Positions 43,837-60,334 of a stretch of 64,000 nucleotides of DNA are shown in pieces. The notes below the pieces were generated by a model. That model saw only the letters and a list, made by a program, of their open reading frames with translations. It searched no databases and was not told the origin of the DNA. Every line of letters starts with the position of its first letter. Within the stretch, counting starts at the first letter, position 1. Origin of the DNA: the human T2T-CHM13v2.0 reference genome, Homo sapiens; NCBI RefSeq assembly GCF_009914755.1, contig NC_060925.1; one strand, written 5' to 3'. The translations under genes were made by a program, and so were the position numbers.

Positions 43837-43898
43837 GTGCTCACTTCGGCAGCACGTATACTAAAATTGGAACTATACAGAGAAGATTAGCATGACCT
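43837..43898 (+). pseudogene. U6 snRNA processed pseudogene, 3'-truncated (~60 nt)
   Basis: gtgctcacttcggcagcacgtatactaaaattggaactatacagagaagattagcatgacc matches the U6 5' end with about 4 substitutions; A-rich tail; aaatctgtct duplicated at 43823-43832 and 43920-43929. Confidence 0.92.
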
Positions 43899-44056
43899 TC
43901 CAAAAAAGAATAAACAAATAAATCTGTCTGCAAAAGCAAATCAGATGGGAAATGTGGCCTCAATCATTCATGAGAGACTGAATGAAAGACTGCCCAGGAG
44001 GGAACCTCTAGGACCCACCTTGCCAGTGCTTGACATAGTAGGTGCTCAATAAGTTT

Positions 44057-44619
<563 letters not shown>

Positions 44620-44667
44620 TAAGTACATGGACATACATAAAATATACCTAAACTAAACTACTGTGTT

Positions 44668-45160
44668 CATCAGAGATTGCTAGTTGCCATCCAAAACCAT
44701 TCTCCTTTCTTCCATCTTCATTGAACCCCCACTTTTTATTTGAGCATATGCACCCCGAGAATAAAAATTACTTTTCTTAGTCACCTTTGAAGTAACATAT
44801 GGTCGTATGACCAAGTTCTGACTAATGAGATGTAAGTGGCAGTATCCCATGGCAGCTTCCAAAAGTTTTCCATAAAAGACAGCCACTCCTGTCTTTTCCC
44901 TTCCTCCTTCCTTCTGGCTAGAGTGTTTGTGTGATGACTGGACCTGTGCAACCGTATTGGACCAGGAGGCAACCATATGAATTGGGATCACGCACAGCAA
45001 CATAGAAGAATCCCGGGTGTCTGAGGACTCTGTGGAGTAGACTCACAATTCTTGCCCTGGACTACCTACTGCCAGACTTTTATAGGGAGGAGAAATACAT
45101 TTATATCTTGTCACTAACAGTGTCTCTTACTCACAGCCGCATCTAATCCAAACTGAGGTA
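44668..45160 (+). mobile_element. Old ERVL/MaLR-class LTR (LTR33/MLT1-like)
   Basis: gtatgaccaagttctgactaatgagatgtaagtgg; ccctggactacctac. Confidence 0.55.
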
Positions 45161-46086
45161 CCATGCCATTAGGGATTACAATATCCCTAATCATCTGACA
45201 CTTTTCCAATAAAACACAAATAAATTTACCCCTGGCCATAAGATTACACATTATAATAGCTAGCATTCATTCCTCCTTACTACAGACCAGATACTGTTAT
45301 GATAGTAACTCACTTGCTCTAAACAACAAATTATGATTATTACCATTTCCTATTTGGCAAATGAGGAAACCAAATCACAAAGAGATTTGATAATTTGCTG
45401 AAGGTTCTACGGCTAGTAAATGGTTGAGCTGGGATTAAAACACCATTTCTCATGCGCATGTGAGGATTCAATGAGGGTGCACACTTTCTGCTTTACTCAC
45501 TCACCTGTGCCCACTGACTAGAACAGTGCCTCAGGAGTGTTTACTTACCAAATAAATGCCACAGCAATAATGCCCATTGTCAAAAAATGATAAAAATGAA
45601 GAAATATAGACAAACTATTTTCCTATAAGAACGAAAGAAAATTTGAGGCTCATCTTGAGTCCTGCCTACAGCTATAGAACTGGATATTAGTGAGCACAAG
45701 ACAATTGTTTGCACGCTAAATGCCAAAATACAGTACGCTGAGCTTCTCTGGAACCTGAGAGCTCAACCATGCGAAAACGAAGCCGGGTTTTCCTATAATC
45801 AAGTTTTAGTTTTGTTTTGAGCCCCTATTTTCTCCCAAGAGCAAATACTCTTGTTATTTCCATACCAACTCCATTAAATGATTAACGATGAAGTTGTTTC
45901 AGGATTTAAATTCAGATATTCCCCCACCCTCACCCTCACCCTGCTGTGCCCTGGGGATGTGTGGAGACTCTGGGAGACTCAGGCAATGCTGCAGGTTTAG
46001 GGAGCAGGTAGATGATGGCCTCAGTCCACCTCTGCCTGCATTGCCCTTCTGCAGGGGCTTCATCCTCTGCCTCTGAATCCTTCTAC

Positions 46087-46180
46087 TCTGGAGGCTGAGG
46101 CAGGAGTATCACTTGAGCCCAGGGGTTCAACGTTACGGTGAGCTATTATGGCGTCACTGCACTCCAGCCTGGGGAACAGA
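46087..46180 (+). mobile_element. Alu right-arm fragment
   Basis: ggaggctgaggcaggag...cactgcactccagcctggg. Confidence 0.8.
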
Positions 46181-46576
46181 GGGAGTATTTTCCCACAACG
46201 TTAAGTTAAACAGATCTATTAAATCTCAGGAAGTGCTCAGAGGTGAAGCAGAAACAAACAAACAAATAAAAAACCAAAAAATCCTAAACAAGCCAAGCTC
46301 CGCTGGAGCTGTAAATTCCCTGGAACCACTCTACCGCTGAACTTTGATGTTTAGGCCCCTTTTAGTCAATTTCCTATTCCTTGCTGAGGAAGCATTCTAA
46401 TGGGTCCTGAGGGGCTCCACTATGGATGTGGCTTTGAGGACTTTGCTTACTTCATGACACCTCTCCTTTAAGGGGGCTCACAGGAGGCAATGACGTCTGG
46501 CCTCATTTTTATGAATCATTCTGCTTCTGAGCAATTGGCTTCTTTTTCTCACTGGACACCATGAATTATTGTAAAC

Positions 46577-47095
46577 TGTAGCTGGATTGTTTTACTCAGG
46601 GATGGTAAGACAAACAGGCACAGAAATGACTGTCAGGAAGGAAGCAGTTCATACGCACAGGTCCCTAGAAACAGGAGGCACGGCACAGCATGCAGGGCCA
46701 CTGGAGAAGAACCAGCGTGGGTCAGGAGGCAGGAGGAGGGGAGAACTGTGGGGAAGAGCCTTGATTGTGGTATCTAGGGAAGGGAAGGCAACACATGCAG
46801 GCTTGGGCTTGGCTGGTATCTATTATTTCAGCAGGCTCTGGGACATAGAAACTGTTCCCAGTTGTTTGGTAGCCGGCCCTGTGGTGATTTGGGTAAGGGA
46901 TAGTGGTCCAGATATGACAGCCCCATAGAGAAGGTGGCTGGGGCTGTGGGCTCTGGAGCGGTTGGTTTGCTTCTGAAGGGCATGCTCGGAGTCCTAGTCC
47001 TTTACTATCTCTGGGAACTGGCCAACCCTGGGAGGAACAGTCTTCCAGGGTCAGTAAGGCTCCCAAAATATCTAAGCATCAAAATAGAAAGACAT
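46577..47095 (-). mobile_element. ERVL LTR (MER54/MER73/MER74 group)
   Basis: Shares an exact 21-bp core caggtccctagaaacaggagg with the reverse complement of the LTR at 57330-57840. Confidence 0.6.
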
Positions 47096-47099
47096 GATT

Positions 47100-47443
<344 letters not shown>

Positions 47444-47753
47444 TTAATCAGTCATAAAACTACTCATATGTCCCTCCCAGCATAGCTGTTAATAATCTCT
47501 GAATGAAATTTACGGTTCACTCTGCACCAGCCTGTGTACTACTAATCCACTCCTAGAGGTATCTTAGCTTTCCAGTCTTAGGTCCCAGTTTCTTCAATTA
47601 CTTATTTTTATTTTATCTTCTATAATCTTGTATAAACTATTATAAATCTTTCCTGGAATGAGACAATGTATAAAGAAATAAACAAAGAAAAAAAAGCATT
47701 GCAGCCTCTTGCAAGGATTTGCACCTTATGAATAAAGACATACGATAATTTTA

Positions 47754-48127
<374 letters not shown>

Positions 48128-48289
48128 CATTGCAGCTAGGTCATGAACGTGACCTCCTATTGTACTGTCATAAATGGGTATTTGTTACACATTTAGTTGA
48201 AAATAGCTCTGTCCTGGAATGTAACAGCAAATTTTAGGGGTGAGGAGGAATTCCTTCTTTAAGGAGCTCGGAGAAATGGGAATGGTAGT

Positions 48290-49030
48290 TGTCTTCATCT
48301 ATTCAGGCTTCCATAACAAAACACAGCAGATTGGGTGGCTCCAAACAACAGACATTTATTTCTCACAGTTCTGGAGGCCAAGATCAAGGCACGAACAGAT
48401 CTGGTGTCTGGAGAAGGTCACTTCCTGGTTTGCAGATGGCCATCTTCTCATTGTATCCTCACATGTTTGAGAGAGAGCAAGCTCTCTCATTTCTTCTTTG
48501 TTTATTTATTTCAATTTGGGGTCTCACTCTGTGGCCCAGCCTGAAGTGGTACAAACATAGCTCACTGCAGCCTCAAACACCTGGGCTCCAGTGATCCTCT
48601 CACCTCAGCTTCCCAAGTAGCAGGAACTACAGGCACGCACCACCACACCCAGCTATTTTTTAAAAACTATTTGGGGAGACAGGGTCTCACTATGTTGCCA
48701 AGACTGGTCTTGAATTCTTGACCTCAAGTAATGCCCCCGCCTCAGCCTCCCAAAGTGCTGGGATTACAGGCATGAGCCACCACACCTGGCCCTGGTTTAT
48801 GTTCTTCTGCTCAACCAGGACAGTGACAGTAGCTGGTTGGAGATATCTGAGCAGATGGAGAGGCAGACCAAGAAGTTAAACCACTGCACCTGGCCTGCTG
48901 CTTCTTCTAGAAAGACACTAATCACATCATGAAGGCTCTACTTTCACGACCTAATTACCTCCCAAAGGTCTCACCTCCTAATACCATCCCCTTAGGGATT
49001 CAGGCTTCAGCATACGAATTTGGAAGGAAT
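48290..49030 (-). mobile_element. MLT1 LTR split by Alu
   Basis: caacagacatttatttctcacagttctggaggc; cacctcctaataccatc. Confidence 0.75.
48500..48791 (-). mobile_element. AluJ
   Basis: Alu consensus match. Confidence 0.88.
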
Positions 49031-49153
49031 ATGACTATTCAGTTCATAACATTTATTTTATCTGTCAAGGGAATATTCAGAGACAAAGTCTTTCAAAAGG
49101 AAAAAAGTTTGTGGATATAAAAGGGGAAGGAAGCTAGGCTTCAGTAAGACTAG

Positions 49154-49475
<322 letters not shown>

Positions 49476-50771
49476 GCCTTAACACTTTATTTCTAAAGCC
49501 CACAAGATCACCATGTTTATACCCACCTTTTCATGGTGGAAAAACACCAACTCCTCTCATAATTACCATGCACAATGCTGTGTTATTTCCTCCAACATCA
49601 ACCCTGCAAAAGTCGGAGATGAGGTTGTTTCTGCTCAGGAGTCCAGGCTTACAGGAAATGCTCAAGATTTTCTTCTTTGGGAACCCAAGCTAGACAGAGT
49701 GGCAGTATTATTTTTGTTTTCTATAAAGGCACAAAGTGTTTTTTAATCCCTGTCTGTGGAAAATGATCTGCACACACATTGTAATAATGGCTGAGCCATG
49801 TGCCGATTTCCAACATGATGAATCATTTGTTTACATTTTTATCCATTTCTTTTCTCATTGCAATATCATTTCAGCCCATTCAAATACATAATCAAAATCA
49901 GTGCCACTCCTAAGAGGACACTTTTTCTTCTACTCATATCAGGAAGTTCATGGGACCATATGGAAAAGTGACTTAAACAAAAGTGACATCTGTCATTTTG
50001 CATTAGAGAAGTTGAGAACGTCATACCAAGGTTGCTAAATGCTGGTTCTTTGAGATTTTTTCTTATTCCCTGAACACAATCTGAGACATATGAGTCATTA
50101 CATCTGTTGATCTTACTGAAGCAGAAGAATATCTAGAATGATCACTATTCTTGGGACTTCCTTTCCACCCTATGACTCTCATATTAAAGAGGCTGAACTC
50201 AGAGACAGCAGAGTGCGTGTATGCTCGTTTTGACTTCGAAACCAGGCTCCTAAAACCCATATCAGCGTCTTTATTTGCAAGCACCTGCCTTACCTGAGAA
50301 TAATAAGGGTATTGAAATCTCACAAAAAGACCCAAGGCAAAAGGATCACACACATACACCTGCACACACGTACATGAACATACACACAGAGTTTTGGAAG
50401 GGCTCATGCTTAGCCTGTCTTCCCACCACTTTCAGAGGAGAGAAAAATTTTCCAGGCAGGGACTCAGGGACCTGTTCTGCCAAGAAGACCCAACTTTGAT
50501 CCTAGTTTCTGCCCCGTGGCTCCTGGAGCCTCTGAGAAGTTGCTTGCCTTTTTCACTCATTCACTGAACACATAGTTGTGGAGCATCTATTTCACCCATT
50601 CCAAAATACAGACATTGAGCTAGGTTGACTTTAGCTCCCTGGCACTCATGGAACATTCAGGAACAGATTTTGGGCTCATTCTGAGTGTCAGGCCAATGGG
50701 GATACTACCCTTGTTTGTGTTATCTGGTCCGCTTGCCTCCACTTAATTTGGAGGGGGACTCAGAGGGGAAC

Positions 50772-51160
50772 TGTTACGGGTTGAATTGTGCTCCCTTGAA
50801 GTTCACATGTTGAAACCCCAATCCTCCGTATCTCACGGTGTGACCTTATTAGGAGTTAGGGTTTTTACAGAGGTAATGGAGTTAAAATGAGGTTGGTCTA
50901 ATTTAGGGTGGGCTTGAATCCAATATGTCCTGTGTCCTTATAAAAAGGGGAAATTTGGAGACAGTCATCCATAGAAGGAGAATGTCCTGTGAAGATGAAA
51001 AAGCCCACCTGCAAGTCAAGGAGAGAGGCCTCAAAAGAAACCAACCCTGCTGACACCTCCATCTCGGACTTCCAGCCTCCAGAACTGAGACAATACATTT
51101 CTGTTGTTAGAGCGCTCAGTCTGTGGTGCTTTCTTACGGCAGCCTCGGCCATTGAATACA
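50772..51160 (+). mobile_element. MLT1B/C-like solo LTR
   Basis: tgttacgggttgaattgtg...gaataca; TSD ggaac/ggcac. Confidence 0.88.
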
Positions 51161-51329
51161 GGCACCAATTCGAGCCCTTCAAACCCTTTGTCTCATGACA
51201 CACGCAGATGCCCCTGAGCAGACTGAAGTCCATTCGTGTTTTAATGTCTATGCATCCACCAAAGACTTCACAGACTCCACTCATCCCAGTACAGGTGAAG
51301 AGGAATCCAGCAGTGGGCAGGGTGGGTAG

Positions 51330-51870
51330 GTTGTGGCGTCTCTTGGCTTTGGATTGCTGAACTTTCTGTTCTACCCATTCTTTTGAGGGTTATCTGTTGG
51401 GTGTGTCTGCCCACCCACAGGCCAGTGACTCTCTTCTTTGAGAGCTTTTCTCTTCTCTTCCTTCTATCTGTGACAGCAAACTCCCATAGGCCACGTTATG
51501 CTGGGGAACCCCCTTGACCAGCCATTGCTTACTGGATCGGGGACAGAATCTTGATTCCAGCTAGATTTTCTTATTCCTGGAATCGTCAACTAGAACTGAG
51601 AGACAGCTGAGCTCTGCATATGACTGGACCTGGAAGTGAATTTGGAGCTGAGGGGTGCCCATTCCCTAAGGGAGGCCGGGGAGCCCAGGAAACCGCCGGC
51701 ATGAAGGGAGGAACAGAGCAGATGCGCCAAGAGAAAGCAGCGGTGGGGAGCGGCACCCAGGCCAGCCCTGGAGGCTGGCTGCCCGCACCCTCACCATGGC
51801 TCCCACCCACCCCTCTTTGCTTAAGCCAGCTGGGCTACTTTCTTTGTTCTCGCTACCAAATTTCTAACAT
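51330..51870 (+). mobile_element. Old ERVL LTR remnant (LTR16-like)
   Basis: ttgcttaagccagctgggctactttctttgttctcgctacc 3' motif. Confidence 0.4.
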
Positions 51871-51959
51871 ACCTCCTTCTCTTCATGTACCTAAATACCT
51901 CCAAATACTAATTAAATAGCTGAAAGCAATATGCATAATCCAAAAACATTGATCCCTTT

Positions 51960-52255
<296 letters not shown>

Positions 52256-52329
52256 TAGTTCTTAGTACAAGTACAGAAATGACAACTTCTTTTTGGTTGG
52301 AAATAAATATAACTTAAACTTATGTGCTT

Positions 52330-52480
52330 TGTATTAAGCCAGAGTTGAATTCAAGCCCCAGCTCTGCCACTTACTTGCTGGGTGATGTTGGACAAGTTTC
52401 TTAACCTCTCTTAGCCTCAGCCTCTTCGTGTATCACACAGGGATGATGATAAGAGTACTTAGCTGAATAGGTTGCCATAA
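52330..52480 (+). mobile_element. MIR
   Basis: ttcaagccccagctctgccacttacttgctgggtgatgttggacaagtttcttaacctctc. Confidence 0.8.
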
Positions 52481-52496
52481 GAAATCAGGTTCTCTA

Positions 52497-52800
<304 letters not shown>

Positions 52801-53045
52801 TCAGATTCACATACAGTATGTCTCTAGCCACATATAAAGATATCCACAATCTCATCATTTATTTTGGGTAAGGTTACAGAAGTATGATACCATTTGTTTA
52901 ATTATTCATATTTACTTGCACTGGAAAAAATCTGCATTTAAACACAGCAAAATTGGATCTCTGAGTGATTTCCATTGTTTTTCTTTTTGCCTCTATTTTC
53001 TCATTTTTCAACAAAAACACACATTACTTATATCAAATAAATTAG

Positions 53046-53574
<529 letters not shown>

Positions 53575-53895
53575 TGAAGTCAGACGTAACTTTAAGGATC
53601 ATTTCATTTAAACAGTTCTCTTTATGAACAGACTGAGGAACTAATTCCAAAAATATCTGGACAAGTTACATACCTGCAACTTACCTTAAAATGCATCTAA
53701 ATATCCGTGGATAGAGGGCTGGCAGGTGGATAAATAGGTGATAAAGCAAGTGTGGCCAAATATCAGCAGTCGACTATAGATGCTGAGTGTAGGATGTTTG
53801 TGTACAATCCTTGCAACATTTCTGTCTGCTTGAAATGTTTCATAATACAATATTAAGAAAACTCACAAATACATGCAGGTGATAAAAACTCAACT

Positions 53896-54205
53896 GGGCC
53901 AGCTATGGTGGCTCACACTTACAATCTCAGCACTTTGGGAGGCCACGGGAGGATAGCTTGAAGCCAGGAGTTCGAGACCACCAGCCTGAGTAACATAGCT
54001 GGACCTCATCTCTACAAGAATCAAGAATTTAAAAAATTAGCCAGGTGCAGTGGTGCACACCTGTAATCCCAGCTACTCAGGAAGCTGAAGTGGGAGAATC
54101 GCTTGAGCCCAGGAGTTTGAGGTTGCAGTGAGGAATGATCTTATCACTGCATTCCAGTCTGAGAGGCAGAGTGAGACACTGTCTCAAAAATAAATAAATA
54201 AAAAT
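53896..54205 (+). mobile_element. AluJ
   Basis: Alu consensus match. Confidence 0.88.
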
Positions 54206-54215
54206 AAAACTCAAG

Positions 54216-54505
<290 letters not shown>

Positions 54506-55211
54506 AACCCAAGTGGAACAGAAGTATAGAAAGGAAACAGTACAAGTTCCCTTTCACATCTGCTCTCCACACTCACTGGTCTCCCCAAGGGAACCGCTGC
54601 AGACCCCCAGTCCAACCCCCTAAATGTCACTGCCTTACTTTTTAGATGAGCCCTGGAGAAATTCCGTTTCTTACCGGGATCTCACTGCAAGTTAGGAAGC
54701 TTCTGCCTCCCAGTCTAAGCCCTCATCATTATTCTCCCTGTCACCCAGGGCTTTGAACTACCCAATATTTCTCTTCACACCCAACAAGCAAGGGTGTCTT
54801 AAGAGCTGGTAAAGCCCATAAAGTACTCTCAGCCCCATTCATTCAAAGACACTTGAGGGAAGCAAATTTATCATCCCTAGTGACAAGAGTTTTCCTTGCC
54901 AGCATGCAATCCAAAAATTGGCTCCAACCATAGAAATGCACACCTACGCTGACTGATAGTGTGTAAATAACTGCACATCCACCTCAACGTGGCCATTCAG
55001 AAAGAAGTTGCCTGGCACTGATGAACCAGAAAAAGTGATGTACAACATGCAGACCAGCCTGGAAATTAGAATGTAAATAGTCCTTACAAACTAATAAGGA
55101 AAATGGACGCTCCCTTCAACAAATGGGGAAAGGATACAAACAGGCAAGTCACCAGAGAAAAAATCTGGCCAATAAGCATCTTTCACACACACTCAACAAA
55201 AAATAAAGTTC

Positions 55212-55759
55212 TGACCCAGCAATCCCATTACTGGGTATATACCCAAAGTATTATAAAGCATTCTACTATAAAGACACATGCACACGTATGTTTATTGCAG
55301 CACTATTTACAATAGCAAAGACTTGGAACCAACCCAAATGCCCATCAATGATAGACTGGATAAAGAAAATGTGGCACATATACACCATGGAATACTATGC
55401 AGCCATAAAAAAGAATGAGATCATGTCCTTCGCAGGGACATGGATGAAGCTGGAAACCATCATTCTCAGCGAACTAACATGGAACAGAAAGTCAAACACT
55501 TCATGTTCTCACTCATAAGTGGGAGTTGAACAATGAGAACACATGGACACAGGGAGGAAAACATCATACACCGGGGCCTGTCCGGGGATGGGAGGCAAGG
55601 GGAGGGAGAGCATTAGGACAAAAACCTAATGCATGTGGGACTTAAAACCTAAACAACAGGTTGATGGGTCCAGCAAACCACCATGGCACATGTATATCTA
55701 TGTAACAAACCTGCACATTCTGCACATGTATCCCAGAACTTAAAAAATACAATAAAATA
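55212..55759 (+). mobile_element. 5'-truncated L1PA (L1PA8-like age) 3' end
   Basis: MFIAALFTIAKTWNQPKCPSMIDWIKKMWHIYTMEYYAAIKK plus 3'UTR; TSD-like aaaaataaagttc / aaaagtaaagttc encloses L1 and the following Alu. Confidence 0.93.
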
Positions 55760-56118
55760 GGCTGGGCATGGTGGCTCATGCCTGTAATCCCAGTGCTTTG
55801 GGAGTCCGAGGCGGGTGAATCACCTGGGGCCAGGAGTTCAAGATCAACCTGGCCAACAAGGCGAAACCCCATCTCTACTAAAAAGTACAAAAATTAGCCA
55901 GGCCTGGTGGCAGGAGCCTGTAATCCCAGCTACTCAGGAGGCTGAGGCAGGAGAATCGCTTGAACCCGGGAGGCAGAGCTTGCAACAAGTGCTTGCAACA
56001 GAGCTTGCAATAAGTGCACTCAGCTTGGAGTGCAAGCTGAGATCTTGCCATTGCACTCCAGCCTGGGCGACAAGAGGGAGACACCATCTCAAAAAAATAA
56101 AATAAAGAAAAAAGAAAA
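55760..56118 (+). mobile_element. AluS in the L1 tail, carrying a ~50-bp internal insertion
   Basis: Alu consensus interrupted at about 55985-56034. Confidence 0.92.
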
Positions 56119-56647
56119 AGTAAAGTTCAACTTCACTAGTAAACAAAGAAAATACAAGTGAAGTCAACAATTACATTTCTTTCACACATCGGATTCCTAA
56201 AGGTCAAAACAATGATAATAACCAGTGTTGGGACAGGTTGGCCCCTTCACACCCCTCCCATGTCCGCCCCCTTTTTGTTTTACTGATTGACTCTTTTCTA
56301 CACTTTTTCTGCAGCTGGGGGCTGGCAGCCCACCTTCCCTGAGTCTTCGTTTTCTTCTGGTCCAGGAAGTCACATGCTTGGCTCCACAGCCAAAGGGAGT
56401 TAATCTATGTTTGGGAAAATGCCAGCCGCACATTAGGCTACTTTGGAGAAGTATGTGGTCAGGGAGTTAATTCTACAGGAATTAGAACAAGTATTATTTT
56501 CCAGTAGAGACCTGGTTTAGAAAAAATTCAGCTGGAGATGACGCATCTAACACACCTTTTTGGTAATAGTGTCACCTTCCCACTCTCTATTGCTACTTTC
56601 GGGGCCCCACTCCCAAAAAAAAGCCAATTTGAAAAGAGAAGAGGAGA

Positions 56648-56827
56648 GCTGGGTGCCATGGTGCATGCCTGCAGTCCCACCTTCTCAGAGGCTGAGGTGG
56701 GAGGATCACTTGAGACCAGGAGTTTGAGGCTGTGGCATGCAGTTTTCCTATCTGTGCATGGCCACTGCACTCCAGCCTTGTCTACTAAGTTGAGCAATAA
56801 AACAAGACCTCGTCTCTAAAAAAAAAA
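56648..56827 (+). mobile_element. FAM-like fossil Alu monomer
   Basis: Single monomer with the longer central segment gaggctgtggcatgc...ctgtgcatggccactgcactccagcc. Confidence 0.65.
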
Positions 56828-56835
56828 TTTTGGAA

Positions 56836-57135
56836 GGCCGGGCGCTGTGGCTCAAGCCTGTAATCCCAGCACTTTGGGAGGCCAAGGTGGGCGGATCACG
56901 AGGTCAGGAGATGGAGACCATCCTGGCTAACACGGTGAAACCCCGTCTCTACTAAAAATACAAAAAAATTAGCCGGGTGCGGTGGCGGGCACCTGTAGCC
57001 CCAGCTACTCAGGAGGCTGAGGCAGGAGAATGGCGTGAACCCAGGAGACGGAGCTTGCAGTGAGCTGAGATCGCGCCACTGCACTCCAGCCTGGGCCACA
57101 GAGTGAGACTCCATCTCACAGAAAAAAAAAAAAAA
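56836..57135 (+). mobile_element. AluY
   Basis: gagaccatcctggctaacacggtgaaacccc; gagaatggcgtgaaccc; ggagcttgcag. Confidence 0.93.
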
Positions 57136-57329
57136 ATGGCATCTACTAAGTTCCAGACAGCAGTTAGACACAGAATGCATTAGTAAACACACATGTGGCC
57201 CCTTCCCCCAGACCTTGTGTTCTAGTGTAGGAAACTGACAAAACTAGAGGAGAGAGAGGAAATATGATAAACATTATAGAGACATGGAGTGCTTATGGGA
57301 AGGTCTCTGGACTAAGCACGCCCTTTATT

Positions 57330-57840
57330 TGTGATACTTCTGATGCATTTGCTCTGGGGTCTTGCTGATCCTGGAGGGACTACCCCTCCCAGGGTGAGTC
57401 AATTCCTAGAGAGAGTAAACAATTCGCCTGCAAGTGAACAAGCCTTTCAAATGCAAACCAACCCATCCAGAGCCAACACCCCAACCACCTCCTGTATGGT
57501 GCTGTCATATTCTGGACCACTCTCTCCTGCCCTAATCACCCCAGGTACCAGACAACTAGGGAGAGTCCCTGTGCCCTACAGCCTTTAGATGATCCAAACT
57601 AGCCCATCCTCAGCCCACTTACCCTGCCCCACTCCTTCCTTCCCACGGAAATCACAGCAAAGGCTCTTGCCCACCGCTCCCTCACTCCCCCTCTGCCTCC
57701 TGACCCACGTGGCGCCTCCCCGTGCGGCTCTGAGTGGCGTGCCGGGCCTCCTGTTTCTAGGGACCTGCGCATATAAACTTCCTCCTTCATGACAGTCAGT
57801 CCCATGCTCATGAGTCTCACCAGACCTGAGGAAACAAATC
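57330..57840 (+). mobile_element. ERVL LTR (MER73/MER74 group)
   Basis: gggtcttgctgatcctggagggac...caattcctagag...cctcctgtttctagggacctg. Confidence 0.65.
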
Positions 57841-58069
57841 CTTGGTCCCCTTAAAACAGCTTCTCTGCCAGGAGATGCTTCAGCTGATCTCTGAAGGGTG
57901 GGAAGAATGCCCAGACAGGAGGAAGGTTGGGACTCACGGGCAGAGGGAGCAGCTGTGCAAAGGCCTCAGGGCAGGAAAGAGATTGCTTGAGGGTCTGAAA
58001 GAGACCCCAGTGGGCAGAATATGGTAAACAGGGAGCTACCAGCAGGTGCGTCCTCCACAGCTGTTTTAT

Positions 58070-58230
58070 TTGTTTGTTTGTTTTAGAGATGAGGTCTCTG
58101 TCACCCAGGCTAGAATGCAGTGGTGTGACACTAGCTTACTGCAGCCTCAAACTCCTGGCCTCAAAGTGATCCTCCCTCCTCAGCCTCCCGAGTAGCTGAG
58201 AATACAGGCACGCACACTGTCCCAGGCCAC
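58070..58230 (-). mobile_element. Alu right-arm/FRAM-like monomer
   Basis: Alu consensus match. Confidence 0.8.
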
Positions 58231-58884
58231 ACCTGAAGATCTGGAAGCCTGTGGTACTTGCAGCTCCTTCTTGGAGTCATTGATGAAAAGGGCGGTGATA
58301 CAAATCCACACAGAATGGCCTCCTAAGGCTCCGCTGTGAGCTCCTCACGCCACCCACCACGGCCCAAGCAGGGTTCTCGGCCTTCCACCTCTGGAGAGGA
58401 ATTGCATGAGCTCCTGCTCATAAGCAACCTGATATAGAAGAAAATTCTTTTGAAACTTTCATGAAAATGATTTAAGAGAATATTTTGTACCAGTTAGCGT
58501 GGTGTTTAATAATTGAGGGCAGAAAGAACCTTTCAAATATTAAACACTCACGCCCATTTTTCTTGCTATCTGGAGTCTTGTAAACTCCTCCCTCAGCAGA
58601 TTACCTATTGCATTCTTCATTAGGATTCCACAGCCGAGTCGTCTTGGAGGATTTAGCTGTGATGTGTGAAGTCTCCACTGTGGGAAATGCAACTCTCTTG
58701 AGATTACATCAGCTATTGGTGAAAGGACTGAGATACGGCTTCTTTCCTCTCCAAACTGCACTTCTGAAAGAAAACAGGAAGAGAGATAGGTGAGGGAGGA
58801 GGACTGGCAAGGGAGCTGGGGGGCAGAGGTGGAGAGGAAGAGTTGTGGAGCCCTCATATGCTCCAGGCACTGTCTTGGGCACTT

Positions 58885-59870
<986 letters not shown>

Positions 59871-60059
59871 CAGATTATACAAGACTCAGACTAATCCAAT
59901 TAGAGTTACTGCCTCACAGCCAAACAACGTAACACAGGAGAAAACTCTCTCTCTGATGGGGAGAAAGAATTCTTTCTTGGAGAGGCCAGCAAGACTCAGA
60001 CGTGAGTTCAGTCCAACTGGAACCTGAGCACCAGCTACAAATACCTGTCTTGAAAGGAT

Positions 60060-60270
60060 GCAGTGTGCTCCTCTTACATGCCTGGCACCATTCTGAGCAC
60101 CCTACAAATATCATCTCACATCATCCTCACAGCCATCTCCAGGATACCTAACAGAGGAGGGAACGAAGGCACTGAGAGGTGACGAAGTTTGAGCAAAGCC
60201 ATGCAGCTGATAAGAGGGGGAGCCAGGACTCAAACCCAGGCAGTTTGGCTCCCACATTTGGCCTCCCAAA
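60060..60270 (-). mobile_element. MIR
   Basis: gaaggcactgagaggtgacgaagtttgagcaaagcc...ggagccaggactcaaacccaggcagtttggctcc. Confidence 0.7.
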
Positions 60271-60334
60271 CACTATACAGGCTGGGTATTCGTCATCTGA
60301 AATACTTGGTACCAGAGGTGTTTTGGATTTGGGA

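Noticed and set aside
45168-45191. 9-bp-arm hairpin ATTAGGGAT/ATCCCTAAT
   Set aside because: Short enough to occur by chance in 64 kb; no other support
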